Assembly (NCBI GenBank): GCA_947452625.1
Contig: CANGEC010000001.1
Span: forward strand, 1,576 to 65,575
DNA: 64,000 nucleotides
Source: Burkholderiaceae bacterium
GTDB lineage: Bacteria; Pseudomonadota; Gammaproteobacteria; Burkholderiales; Burkholderiaceae
Direction: 5' to 3'
In this document: positions 19,104 to 29,358 of the stretch, piece by piece
How positions within the stretch are numbered: the first letter of the stretch is position 1
Layout of the letters: every line of letters starts with the position of its first letter
The notes under the pieces: generated by a model
Databases searched by the model: none
What the model saw: the letters and a program-made list of their open reading frames with translations, nothing else
What the model was told of the DNA's origin: nothing
Program-made: the position numbers and the translations under genes

Positions 19104-20351
19104 CTAGATTGTCATCTCAAGAATATACAAACCACCAGTAAAGCGATCAACGGTATAAACGATTCCACGATCATCAACAAAGACATCGTTTAACTGAATC
19201 GCTCCTGCTGGAGAAAGCTTTGGTGCAGCTGGAACATAGTAAGCAATCTCTTCAACCCGCAATGGATTGGAGGTATCAAAAACGCGCACACCGCCATTGA
19301 AAAAGGTTCCCACAATAATGGTGTCTGACCTAAAAGAACCGGGCACAGGTAGATTCTCATGCAAGTTATGTGCGCCAAAACGCCCACCCCGTTTAATAAA
19401 TGCCTCGGGATTAGGCATTGGGAAGGTGCCTAAAGGCAACGGATGAGCCTCATCACGAGCATCCAACATCCATACCAATTTAGGCCAATCCAGACCATTG
19501 TCTTGGACACACTCGTCACTCACTACCCAAAGCTTGCGATCAAATAGCGGCAACAGGGTATGGATAAACCCATTTAGAGGAGGCGAGTGATTCCAATGAG
19601 AAACCACTTGAATATTGCTAGGATCGGAAATATCTAAAACAAACGCACCGCCATCGATATACCCAACATATGCCCTATCTGGATGCGATGGAAAGACATT
19701 GGTGTTGTGCGCACGAAATCCGGTATCAAAAGTGCCAGATAAGCGTTTTGGTGGTGGCGCAGCATCACCAACTCGCGTTCCGGGATACCACCAGCGGCCC
19801 TTCTCAACCGGCTTGGCTGGATTGCTTACATCCAAGATGCGGTAGAACTGATCATCTAATGGATTGGTGGGTTCAAAATCGCCAGCACCTGAAGCCATAT
19901 GAATAGTTTTGCCATCCACAAACCATAAAGCATGTACACCACGTGAGTGAGGACCAGAGCAATCAAAATGAGAAATTAATTTAGGACTTTCGGGAACACT
20001 CACATCAAATAGATCAACGCCAGCAGGTTTAATACCGACTGCGCTAGCCTGATATGCCACCGCAAGAATATTGCCTGCGACATCTAAAGAATTGGAGCGT
20101 AATTTCATATGCGGCAAATCTGTTTGCACCAGCAACTGCGGGTTACTAGGATCAGTCACATCAATGCCTGAGAAGTTTTTTGGCGCAGACTCATGGGCTA
20201 ACCAAAGAATTCTTCTACCCTTAGGATCGATTTGCATCGAAATGCCTTCACCCAAACCACCAAAGCCACCCAATTCATGATGGGCTAGCAGCTTCATATT
20301 AAGAGATAAAGCGTTGTCCGATTTTGCAGCTGGATTTGAAATATTTGACAT
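19104..20351 (-). CDS. LVIVD-repeat beta-propeller protein with His/Asp/Glu motifs
   Basis: Repeats IDVTDPSNP, LFDVSVPESP, ILDVSNPAKP, VLDISDPSN, VFDTSNP; HNT, HT, SDECV, GAHNLHE. Confidence 0.82.
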   Translation of the reverse strand: MSNISNPAAKSDNALSLNMKLLAHHELGGFGGLGEGISMQIDPKGRRILWLAHESAPKNFSGIDVTDPSNPQLLVQTDLPHMKLRSNSLDVAGNILAVAYQASAVGIKPAGVDLFDVSVPESPKLISHFDCSGPHSRGVHALWFVDGKTIHMASGAGDFEPTNPLDDQFYRILDVSNPAKPVEKGRWWYPGTRVGDAAPPPKRLSGTFDTGFRAHNTNVFPSHPDRAYVGYIDGGAFVLDISDPSNIQVVSHWNHSPPLNGFIHTLLPLFDRKLWVVSDECVQDNGLDWPKLVWMLDARDEAHPLPLGTFPMPNPEAFIKRGGRFGAHNLHENLPVPGSFRSDTIIVGTFFNGGVRVFDTSNPLRVEEIAYYVPAAPKLSPAGAIQLNDVFVDDRGIVYTVDRFTGGLYILEMTI

Positions 20352-20594
20352 AAGGTTCTATCGAATTGGGTTTAAGGTATGTATTAAAAACGGAGTGGAA
20401 TATGACGGTATTTAAAAAATCAGTTCAGCATCAGAATCTTGTCTCTGGTTTTTTGTCTTATTGTGGCTTTAGCCATTTTTAATAATCCTAGTAGCATAGC
20501 GCAAACTAGAAAGTCACGGGCAAAATCACCTAGCGAGCTATGTCACCTTTGAGCTCGGTAGCCCCAAAACTTGCATTCGAGAACTTCGCTTAAT

Positions 20595-20617
20595 AAAAAT
20601 GGCGCCGGTGGCGCCAT
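20595..20617 (-). terminator. Probable Rho-independent terminator after cytochrome c4 gene
   Basis: ATGGCGCC-GGT-GGCGCCAT inverted repeat with T-run on the minus strand. Confidence 0.6.
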
Positions 20618-20644
20618 GAATGTAATTACGGTTATCGCAGGCCA

Positions 20645-21256
20645 TTAATTCGACTTGTAACCCATCCCCGCAATGTAGTCAGACAATGCATCAATATCCT
20701 CGCCATTCAAATTGGCAGCAGCCGATGACATATTTCCATCTATATCGGAACGCGTTTGCGCCTTAAAGCCCCGTAACTGCGCAATTAAGTACTCATATTG
20801 TTGACCAGCAATTCTGGGGATATGCTGCAAGCCCAGCAAATTAGGCCCATGGCATTGGGTGCAGTTGTACTTATTTGCCAGCTGCGGACCAGCCACGAGA
20901 TTGGCAGCCTTAGTCTCATGGGTTGAAATTCTCTCCACCGAAGAAAAATAAGCGGCTAAATTATTCATATCCGCGTTACTCAATCCCGCCGCGATTGGCG
21001 ACATGATCGGGTTCTTGCGGCCACCCTCCCGAAAACGAAACAATGCCACTGAGATCGCTTGCGGTGGTTGACCAGAAAGGGATGGAATTTCTGCGTTGGT
21101 AGAATTGCCACCCGGACCATGACAAGCCACACAAAGCTCTGCCTTAGCCTTGCCAGCTGCAATATCAGCGGCACTCACCGGATTGATTGAAGATAAAAAA
21201 ACAACCGCCCCAAATAAGGCGGTTGTGCTCACTAAACTTCTAGAAAAATAGATCAC
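20645..21256 (-). CDS. Di-heme cytochrome c4
   Basis: Signal peptide; CVACH and CTQCH; PSLSGQ / PRIAGQ. Confidence 0.92.
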   Translation of the reverse strand: MIYFSRSLVSTTALFGAVVFLSSINPVSAADIAAGKAKAELCVACHGPGGNSTNAEIPSLSGQPPQAISVALFRFREGGRKNPIMSPIAAGLSNADMNNLAAYFSSVERISTHETKAANLVAGPQLANKYNCTQCHGPNLLGLQHIPRIAGQQYEYLIAQLRGFKAQTRSDIDGNMSSAAANLNGEDIDALSDYIAGMGYKSN

Positions 21257-22488
21257 TGCTTCGAGGCCCCGCTTGCTGACTTGTTATAAGTTACCCGGTA
21301 GATAACGCCATTGTAATCATCGGAAACCAACATTGAGCCATCAGGCATCACCAGCACATCAACCGGTCTACCCCACATTGGAGGATCACCTTTTTCATCA
21401 AGCAAGAAGCCCGTTAAGAATGGCTCATACTTCACGACCTTACCATTCGCTCCCAAGGTGACTCGCATCACATCGTAGCCCTGCTTGGTATTTCTATTCC
21501 ATGATCCGTGACGCGCTACAAATAAGGCGTTTTTGTATTCAGCAGGGAATTGATTGCCCGTATAAAAACGTAAGCCCAAAGGAGCAACGTGCGCACCTAA
21601 ATTCAAAGCAGGCGGTGTGAACTGATCACAAGAGGCGTATTTGCCATACAGTGGATCTGGAATATCACCTTGGTGACAGAATGGATAACCAAAGTCTTCA
21701 CCCACCTTCGACAGGACGTTCAACTCATCACTAGGCTTATCATCGCCCATCCAATCGCGGCCATGCTCTGTAAACCAGAGCTTTTTAGTCACGGGATGAA
21801 ATGTCATACCAACAGAATTTCTAACGCCAGTAGCTACGCGCTCCAAGCGACCGGTCTGCGGATCAACTCGCATAATAGCGCCCTGCACATAATTTGGAAT
21901 CGTAATATTTTGTGGCGAGCCGATATTGAAATACAACTTCTTATCAGGACCTACTGTCAGATACTTCCAGAAATGTCCCGGTCCATTTGTAGGATCTAGA
22001 CCATCAACCACCAAAACACCCTCGGGCGGATTATCTAAGCGATCCTCAATATTTTCATATTTCTTAATTTGAGTACGCTCAGCCACATACAAATTCCCAT
22101 CTAGAAACGCAATGCCATTAGGCGCGTTTAAACCCTTGAGAATCTTTTTAACTTCCCGCTTACCATTTTTATCAACCACAGCGTAAACATCATTTGCCGC
22201 CAAATTACTGACAAAAATAGTGCCCTTTGTACCCCTTGCTAAAGACCTGGCATTGGGAACTTCAGCCCAAACATCTACCGAAAACCCTGGGGGCAGCTTG
22301 AGCTTTGACATTTGCAATTCACTGGCATCCGCACCGGTTAACTTAGGCACAAAGGGATGCAAAGTCGACTGGGCATCTTCAGCACTTCGACCCTGCAGCC
22401 AACGAGGAGGCGGTTCTTCTGGTTTGGGTTGCGCAAAGGCCGAAACAGACATGGCCAAAGCCAATGCCGTCATCACATACTTTTTCAT
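21253..22488 (-). CDS. Glucose/sorbosone dehydrogenase family (PQQ-type) beta-propeller protein
   Basis: Signal peptide; LPPGF, GVRNSVG, FGYPFCH, AHVAPLG, HGSWNR, GRPVDV..DGSMLVSDD. Confidence 0.88.
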   Translation of the reverse strand: MKKYVMTALALAMSVSAFAQPKPEEPPPRWLQGRSAEDAQSTLHPFVPKLTGADASELQMSKLKLPPGFSVDVWAEVPNARSLARGTKGTIFVSNLAANDVYAVVDKNGKREVKKILKGLNAPNGIAFLDGNLYVAERTQIKKYENIEDRLDNPPEGVLVVDGLDPTNGPGHFWKYLTVGPDKKLYFNIGSPQNITIPNYVQGAIMRVDPQTGRLERVATGVRNSVGMTFHPVTKKLWFTEHGRDWMGDDKPSDELNVLSKVGEDFGYPFCHQGDIPDPLYGKYASCDQFTPPALNLGAHVAPLGLRFYTGNQFPAEYKNALFVARHGSWNRNTKQGYDVMRVTLGANGKVVKYEPFLTGFLLDEKGDPPMWGRPVDVLVMPDGSMLVSDDYNGVIYRVTYNKSASGASKQ

Positions 22489-22631
22489 CTTGCTGTCTCC
22501 TTGTTATGGTGTCTCTAGTTATAGGCAAAACATAAACGATCCCACGCCAATCAATGATCGGTAAATACCCTTAGATTTCACCATCTTTTTTAAACAAGTA
22601 TTTAAATCTCCAACCAAGCCCCTTAAAAGAC

Positions 22632-23525
22632 TTACTTCAATACCCCACTCTCCCATCCTTGAAGCTCTTTTAAACCAAGCGCATCGTTATATTCGGCCGA
22701 AGTAAACATATGCGGTGCATAGGAACTTAATAGCTGGTGGTGTTTTAAGTGATTTAAAGCATTTTGCATTGCATGACCAAATACGCCACGGGCAAGACTT
22801 GGATGAATAGCAATATCAATGCCGGCAGCTTTTAGCTCAGAAGCCTTTAAAGCGGATACTGGGCCGCCTACGTCGACGTTGTATAAACAGATAGCCGCAC
22901 CAAGCTCGGCCTTAATATGAGCAATTACCTTCAAGGCATCTGGGTTAGCTTTTAACTCAACAAAGACGCCATCAGCACCTGCAGCAATAAAAGCTTTAGC
23001 CCGACGAACCCCTTCATCCATGCCCAGGGCGCCGACACTATCAGTCCGAGCAATGATGACAAAATCAGGATCCGTCCTAGCGGCAACCGCAGCACGAATA
23101 TGCGCTAGCGCAGTTTCAAAAGGCAGCACTGTGCGGGCACCCTCAAACTGAGCGCACTGCTTAGGAAAGGTTTGGTCCTCAATATGAATACCAGCAACCC
23201 CAGCCGCCTCGAACTCGGCAATTGTTCGCTTAATGTTGAGCACTCCTCCGTAACCTGTGTCGGCATCACAAATTAAGGGGATATCAATACACGCAGCAAC
23301 CCTACGAGCATGATCCGAGATCAGCGTAAGATCCACTTGCCCAATATCTGGGGTGCCTAGTAAAGCTGCGGATACGCCATTTCCAGTCATATAAGCAGCT
23401 TGAAAACCTGCATTCTGAACTAGGCGCGCCCCGTAACCATCGTAAATACCTGGCGCGATTAAGGCATTCTTACTTGTCATCAAGCGACGCAATGCTTGTC
23501 GCTTTTGCTGTGCAGTGAGTTTCAT
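22632..23525 (-). CDS. Isocitrate lyase/PEP mutase superfamily enzyme (C-C lyase branch)
   Basis: APGIYDG, DADTGYG, HIEDQTFPKQC, IIARTD, AGADGVF. Confidence 0.88.
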   Translation of the reverse strand: MKLTAQQKRQALRRLMTSKNALIAPGIYDGYGARLVQNAGFQAAYMTGNGVSAALLGTPDIGQVDLTLISDHARRVAACIDIPLICDADTGYGGVLNIKRTIAEFEAAGVAGIHIEDQTFPKQCAQFEGARTVLPFETALAHIRAAVAARTDPDFVIIARTDSVGALGMDEGVRRAKAFIAAGADGVFVELKANPDALKVIAHIKAELGAAICLYNVDVGGPVSALKASELKAAGIDIAIHPSLARGVFGHAMQNALNHLKHHQLLSSYAPHMFTSAEYNDALGLKELQGWESGVLK

Positions 23526-24043
23526 GTTGAAAATTTCCAATCAGGATGCTTGCTTAAGAAGGGAATGAGGCCACCGCACTCAATCAGAGCCAGAATTTCT
23601 GCAGGCAGTCGATTCGCCTCTAAACGCAATCCACCAGTAGTCTGCACCAGCCCACTCTGAAAGTTGACGCTCAAATCATCACCGGCTTTAATCGCTGCAG
23701 TGTCACACTCTAAAATCGCCAAGCCATTATTGATTGCATTGCGAAAAAACTGGCGGCCAAAAGACTTCGCAATAATTCCTTTAACCTGCATCATTTTCAA
23801 AATCTGTACGGCCTGCTCTCTTGAAGAGTTGATACCGAAATTCTCGCCCGCCACCAAAATACCGCCTTGAGCGGCAAGAATATTTTTACCTAATCCTGGG
23901 CTGACGCCATCAAAAGCCACCATCGCGATCTGCTCAACACTTTTACCCGGAAGATATTTTCCCGAACAATGCAAATCGGTATTGACATCATCACCTAATA
24001 AAAATGCCTTGCCGGTAACACTTTGCAAATGAATTAGTTCCAT
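23522..24043 (-). CDS. LeuD/DmdB-like dehydratase small subunit
   Basis: GDDVNTD, AGENFGINSSREQA, AKSFGRQFFRNAINNGL; start MELIHLQ. Confidence 0.88.
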   Translation of the reverse strand: MELIHLQSVTGKAFLLGDDVNTDLHCSGKYLPGKSVEQIAMVAFDGVSPGLGKNILAAQGGILVAGENFGINSSREQAVQILKMMQVKGIIAKSFGRQFFRNAINNGLAILECDTAAIKAGDDLSVNFQSGLVQTTGGLRLEANRLPAEILALIECGGLIPFLSKHPDWKFST

Positions 24044-25323
24044 GATGTAGCCCTCCAATCGCCACCAGCAATTGTGCGAGGATCGGTAATAAAACCAGTT
24101 AATGCAGAAGCAGCAACTGTCGCTGCCGAACCAAGCCAAATCTCTGAATCAGGATTGGATAAACGTCCCTTGAAATTGCGATTTGCCGTAGAGATCACAG
24201 TATCGCCATTACCTGGAACTAGGTGATTAGTGATACCAACACAAGTGCCACATCCAGCAGCCTCAAAAGAAGCACCCGCCATTGTCAGAATTTCAATCAA
24301 GCCTTCTCGTAACGCATCGATATAAATTTTTCGAGAAGCTGGAGTAACAATCATGCGCACCCCTGGAGCTAATTTTTTGCCGCGCAAAATTGCTGCGGCT
24401 TGCCTAATGTCATCCAAACGACCATTCGTGCAAGTGCCAATCAAAGCAAACTGAATTTTTTGATTACTCACTTCATGCGCTGGAACAATATCATCAACTC
24501 GATGCTTACGCGCGACTTGAGGTGCTAAATTCTTTGTATCAATCTCAATCACATCGGCATACTTTGCGTCGCGATCTGCAAATACCGGCTTGGGTATAGC
24601 AGCGCCATGGGCTTTTAGCCAATCAAGCGTTTTTTGATCAGCCTCCAAAATTGCTGCCTTAGCACCCAACTCTGCCGCATGATTGCAAAGGGTCATTCGA
24701 TCATCGATATTCATCTGGGTAACAGCATCGCCAACATATTCAATCGCTTTGTAATTCAACCCTTCTGCACCAAAACGACCGAGCATATGCAAAGTTAAGT
24801 CCTTGGCCCACACGCCAGGCTGCAATGCGCCATTGAGGTTTACCTTAATCGTTTCCGGCACGCGAAACCATAGCTTTCCAGTCGACATCACTGCTGAAAT
24901 ATCAGTGCCCTCGATTCCTGTACCAAAGGCATTAAAGGCGCCATAGCTTACTGAGTGCGTATCCGTGCCCACCACCAAATCACCCGCAGTCAAGTGACCA
25001 CCTTCTGGCAAAACTTGATGACAAATACCATCACCAATATCGTAAAGAGTGGTACCCATTTTTCCTGCGAAGGAACGCATTTGTGTATGAATCTCCGCAG
25101 CTTCTAAATTGGGTGGGGGCGAATAGTGGTCCATTACCAAAGCCGTCTTCTTGGCAAAATGTAAATCCTGTACGCCGATTTTGTCGATCAACTTGATTGT
25201 GTTACTAGCTCTTGTATCAGTAACCATCGCGTAATCTACCGAGCACACTACGACATCTCCAGCACTTACCTCAGCAACACCCGCATGCTGCGCAAGAATT
25301 TTCTCGCTAATCGTTAATCCCAT
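24034..25323 (-). CDS. LeuC/DmdA-like [4Fe-4S] dehydratase large subunit
   Basis: MGLTISEKIL, GICHQV, GTDTHS, IGTCTNGR, GCGTCVG, STANRNFKGR. Confidence 0.92.
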   Translation of the reverse strand: MGLTISEKILAQHAGVAEVSAGDVVVCSVDYAMVTDTRASNTIKLIDKIGVQDLHFAKKTALVMDHYSPPPNLEAAEIHTQMRSFAGKMGTTLYDIGDGICHQVLPEGGHLTAGDLVVGTDTHSVSYGAFNAFGTGIEGTDISAVMSTGKLWFRVPETIKVNLNGALQPGVWAKDLTLHMLGRFGAEGLNYKAIEYVGDAVTQMNIDDRMTLCNHAAELGAKAAILEADQKTLDWLKAHGAAIPKPVFADRDAKYADVIEIDTKNLAPQVARKHRVDDIVPAHEVSNQKIQFALIGTCTNGRLDDIRQAAAILRGKKLAPGVRMIVTPASRKIYIDALREGLIEILTMAGASFEAAGCGTCVGITNHLVPGNGDTVISTANRNFKGRLSNPDSEIWLGSAATVAASALTGFITDPRTIAGGDWRATSWN

Positions 25324-25325
25324 TT

Positions 25326-26354
25326 CTAGCGCTCCGTTAAATTAATACTCTTAATGATCTTGCCCCACATCTCATTCTCAGACTTGGCAAAGTTATAAAG
25401 TTCTTGCGGTGTGGAAGGCGCAGGCTCCAAATCCACTTTATGTAATTTTTGAATCGTCTCGGGATCTTTCAGTGTTGCCACAATCGCCTGATTTAATTTA
25501 TTAATCACTTCAGGGGGAACCTTTGGGGGCGCAATAAATGCGTACCAATTTAAGGCTTGATAGCCTGGGTAGCCTTGCTCTGCCACAGTTGGAACATTAG
25601 GCAATCCTGCAATCCGTTTTGGACTGGTAATGGCTATCGGCTTGAGTTTTCCTGCATTGATTAAAGGCACTGCTGTGGGAGTGCTGGCAAAGATCGCCGT
25701 GATATTGCCCCCTAACAAATCCGTCATGGCAGGGCCGCCGCCTTTGTAATTAATATGCTCTCCAGCCATACCACTGCGTGCCTTTAAAAGCTCACCAGCG
25801 AGGTGGCCAGTACTGCCATTTCCAGAAGACCCAAAGGTCACAAAAGCATTCTTATCCTTACCCATCGCAATGTAGTCTTGCAAAGACTTAATTTTGGAAT
25901 CAGCTTTGACAACCAAAATATTCGAGAAAGTAACTCCTTGAGAAACCATGCTGAAATCAGTCAAAGGATTAAAACTGGTCCCTCCAGGCATATGCGGATT
26001 AATCGCTAAAGATCCAACCGTGGTTAACATGATGGTGTAACCATCAGGTTCGGCCTTGAGCAACATTTCACTTGCAAGATTGCCGCCAGCGCCTGGGCGG
26101 TTATCAATCACTACAGCTTGCCCTAGCTTTTCAGCCAACTTTGGCGTAATGAGTCGAGCGGCAGAATCTGCCCCACCGCCAGGAGCAAAACCCACAATTA
26201 AACGAATCGGTTTACTAGGAAAGTTGGCTGGTGACTGGGCATGCGCGCCACCCAAAAATAATGCCCCCAGCACTCCAGCAATAAAACTCAAAAATTTTCG
26301 CTCTTTAGTGCGAAAAAAGGGTGTCTGTAGCCAATTCATGCTTTGTCTCGTCAA
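25326..26354 (-). CDS. Bug/TctC substrate-binding protein (start may be 26339)
   Basis: FPSKPIRLIVGFAPGGGAD, DNRPGAGG, PDGYT, YKGGGPA. Confidence 0.92.
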   Translation of the reverse strand: MTRQSMNWLQTPFFRTKERKFLSFIAGVLGALFLGGAHAQSPANFPSKPIRLIVGFAPGGGADSAARLITPKLAEKLGQAVVIDNRPGAGGNLASEMLLKAEPDGYTIMLTTVGSLAINPHMPGGTSFNPLTDFSMVSQGVTFSNILVVKADSKIKSLQDYIAMGKDKNAFVTFGSSGNGSTGHLAGELLKARSGMAGEHINYKGGGPAMTDLLGGNITAIFASTPTAVPLINAGKLKPIAITSPKRIAGLPNVPTVAEQGYPGYQALNWYAFIAPPKVPPEVINKLNQAIVATLKDPETIQKLHKVDLEPAPSTPQELYNFAKSENEMWGKIIKSINLTER

Positions 26355-26560
26355 TTTTCATTATTAATTAGGGCAATCTTAACTGAAAGCTGTCGGCGAC
26401 ATTAGGGTAATTGCTAGGCAAGATATCCGAACCCCATGAAGAACTTGATAGGCAATTGAGCAACCGATATGATGAGTTGACCTATGTCTTCAAGCCGAAT
26501 TTCGCTTGATCATCATGGCATCAGCATTACTAATATAAATAAAAATAGTAAGGAGACTTG

Positions 26561-27055
26561 ATGTACACATTAAACATTAATGGGAAGCAGTTGCAGGTTG
26601 AGGCTGATCCCGATACCCCACTGTTGTGGGTCATACGCGAACAAGTCGGCTTAACCGGAACGAAGTTTGGTTGTGGCATCGCCCAATGCGGCGCCTGTTC
26701 AGTTCATATTAATGGTGAAATTCTGCGCTCTTGTGCAGTGCAAATCTCCTCCCTCAAACCAGAATACAAAATTACGACCATCGAAGGCTTGGCAGCAAAC
26801 AGTGATCATGTCGTACAAAAAGCCTGGGCTGCAGTGGACGTCCCCCAATGCGGATATTGTCAAAGTGGCCAGATCATGGCTGCGGCAGCGCTCCTCAAAA
26901 AACATCCGAACCCATCAGATAGTCAAATTGACGAGGCCATGACAAACATTTGTCGATGCGGCACATATCAACGAATTCGAGAAGCCATTCATACGGCGGT
27001 GCGTATGAGCAGTAAATCTTTACAAGCAAGCGCCACTGCAGGAGTCTCCAAATGA
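26561..27055 (+). CDS. IorA/CoxS-like 2x[2Fe-2S] subunit
   Basis: [33 protein letters not shown]. Confidence 0.95.
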   Translation: MYTLNINGKQLQVEADPDTPLLWVIREQVGLTGTKFGCGIAQCGACSVHINGEILRSCAVQISSLKPEYKITTIEGLAANSDHVVQKAWAAVDVPQCGYCQSGQIMAAAALLKKHPNPSDSQIDEAMTNICRCGTYQRIREAIHTAVRMSSKSLQASATAGVSK

Positions 27056-29247
27056 ATCCCTCCAGAAGAAATTTTGTCATTGGTAGCTCAGCTTTTGGGG
27101 CTGGCTTATCACTCGGCTTTACGATTCCCTTTACCGCCAATGCAGCAGGTGATAAAAACTCTCAAACTGCTCAGCCTGAATTAGAGCTGGGTGCCTGGGT
27201 GCTTGTGCAACCTGATGACACAATCATTGTTCGTATTGCTCGCACCGAAATGGGTCAAGGCACTCTGACTGGTTTAGCGCAATTGGTTGCCGATGAGATG
27301 GATGCCGATTGGAGCAAAGTCACCACTGAACAAGTCTCACCACAAGCAAACTTAGCACGTAAAAATGTTTGGGGGCAAATGCTCACTGTGGGTAGTTTTG
27401 GTATTCGCTTCTCTCAAGACTATGTTCGTAGAGGCGGAGCAGCCGCCCGTCAGATGTTAATGAGCGCTGCAGCTGCGCAGTGGGGTGTGCCAGTCCACGA
27501 ACTGGTCTGCTCGAAAGGCATGATCTATCACCCGAATTCTCAACGAGCTGTTTCTTTTGGCAAAGTTGCGAATGCCGCTGCCAAGCTTACAGCGCCAGAC
27601 CCGAAATCCCTCACACTCAAATCTCCTGCTGAGTGGAAAATTATCGGCAAACCACTTCATCGCCTCGATACCGCACCCAAACTCAATGGCACTAAAACGT
27701 ATGGTGTAGATGTCCGCCTCCCAGGCATGCTCAATGCTGCAGTGATTGCCTGCCCAGCATTTGGTGGCACCATCCAAAGTCTTGACGATTCTGAAGCACT
27801 CAAAATTTCCGGGGTTAAGAAAGTCGTCAGGATTGATGATTACGCTTTTGCAGTAATTGCGGATACCTGGTGGCATGCCAACAAAGGCTCCAAAGCAGTC
27901 AAAGTAGTATGGAATGATGCGAAGTACTCTGGAGTATCTGATAAAACGATCGCCGCCCATCTTGAAGATGGACTCAAAACAAATACCGGCTTATATCAAT
28001 TTCGTAAAGAAGGGGATGCCGCAGCAGCTCTAGGAGCATCAAAGAAAAAAGTAGAAGCGACTTTCTTTGCACCCTTCTTGGCTCATGCCACGATGGAACC
28101 CATGAATTGCACTGCACTGATTACTGCAGAGCGTGCTGAAATTTGGGTACCCACTCAAGACCCTGAAGGAGCGATGTTGGCAATGTCTAAGCAATCAGGA
28201 CTGCCGATGGAAAAATGTTTTGTTAATCGCTACGACCCAGGCGGTGGCTTTGGTCGCCGTGGACGCGTATCAGACTATGTCACACAAGCTGTCAATATTG
28301 CACAACAAATGCCGGGCGTCCCGATCAAAATGATCTGGTCTCGTGAGGAGGATATGACACACGGTCAATATCGCCCTATCTCTATGTGCAAAATGACCGC
28401 TAGCCTTGATGATCAAAACCGCATGACAGCAATGGATGTTCGCCTTTCAGGACAGTCTATTTACGCTTGGCGTAATCCCAATGCCGATTTGACCGGCTTT
28501 AAGGATGACTTTCAGCTGCAAGGCTGGTTTAAGAGCGCTGAAAGTGACCAGCAACTCTGCTACACCGTACCCAACTTAACCATTGAGTATGCGATGCGCA
28601 ACACCAGTATTCCGGTTGGCACCTGGCGAGGAGTTAACGTTCCCCAAAATGCTTTTTATATGGAATGCTTCATTGAGGAAGTGGCAAGAGCAGCAAAGAT
28701 GGATTCAGTAACATTTAGAAAATCCCTCATGCCAACTCAAACCCGACAATTGGCTATGCTCAATTTAGCTGCCGAAAAGGGAAACTGGGGGCAGGCACTG
28801 CCTGCAGGTCGCCATAGAGGTATTGCTCAATTCATGAGCTATGGCACCTACTCTGCAGCAACCGCTGAAGTTTCCGTGAGCCCAGATGGCACAGTACGGG
28901 TTCATCGAATTGTGCTTGCCTTGGATTGCGGTTATGCAGTTAATCCGAGCCAGATTGAAGCTCAGGTGCAGGGGTCGATTGTCTATGGTCTCAGCGCAAC
29001 CCTTTGGGGGGAGTGTACCGTTGAGGGTGGCCACATCATGCAGACTAACTTTAATGACTATCGCGTCTTACGCTTAGCAGAAATGCCCAAAGTGGAAACC
29101 CACATCAAGCCCCTCATGAGCGGACCTTGGGGTGGGATTGGTGAGCCGACAATTGGCGTAGTAGCTCCAGCTGTCGTGAATGCTGTTTCGCTAGCAATTG
29201 GTAGACCAATTCACAATCTTCCTTTAAAAAACGAAAAGCTCGTTTAA
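27052..29247 (+). CDS. IorB-like molybdopterin-binding subunit with Tat signal
   Basis: SRRNFV leader; [30 protein letters not shown]; ATGA overlap with the small subunit. Confidence 0.93.
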   Translation: MNPSRRNFVIGSSAFGAGLSLGFTIPFTANAAGDKNSQTAQPELELGAWVLVQPDDTIIVRIARTEMGQGTLTGLAQLVADEMDADWSKVTTEQVSPQANLARKNVWGQMLTVGSFGIRFSQDYVRRGGAAARQMLMSAAAAQWGVPVHELVCSKGMIYHPNSQRAVSFGKVANAAAKLTAPDPKSLTLKSPAEWKIIGKPLHRLDTAPKLNGTKTYGVDVRLPGMLNAAVIACPAFGGTIQSLDDSEALKISGVKKVVRIDDYAFAVIADTWWHANKGSKAVKVVWNDAKYSGVSDKTIAAHLEDGLKTNTGLYQFRKEGDAAAALGASKKKVEATFFAPFLAHATMEPMNCTALITAERAEIWVPTQDPEGAMLAMSKQSGLPMEKCFVNRYDPGGGFGRRGRVSDYVTQAVNIAQQMPGVPIKMIWSREEDMTHGQYRPISMCKMTASLDDQNRMTAMDVRLSGQSIYAWRNPNADLTGFKDDFQLQGWFKSAESDQQLCYTVPNLTIEYAMRNTSIPVGTWRGVNVPQNAFYMECFIEEVARAAKMDSVTFRKSLMPTQTRQLAMLNLAAEKGNWGQALPAGRHRGIAQFMSYGTYSAATAEVSVSPDGTVRVHRIVLALDCGYAVNPSQIEAQVQGSIVYGLSATLWGECTVEGGHIMQTNFNDYRVLRLAEMPKVETHIKPLMSGPWGGIGEPTIGVVAPAVVNAVSLAIGRPIHNLPLKNEKLV

Positions 29248-29252
29248 CTCTA

Positions 29253-29284
29253 AGAGCATCAGGAGCGCAGGCTTCTGATGCTCT
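29253..29284 (+). terminator. Stable hairpin after iorB (terminator or mRNA stabiliser)
   Basis: AGAGCATCAGGAGC-GCAG-GCTTCTGATGCTCT; weak T-tract. Confidence 0.55.
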
Positions 29285-29358
29285 CTTAAAATGCCTGAAT
29301 GCATGGGCAAAATAAAATGCACTATCCTTGAGCGATCAACGCTAAAAATAAACCATCC

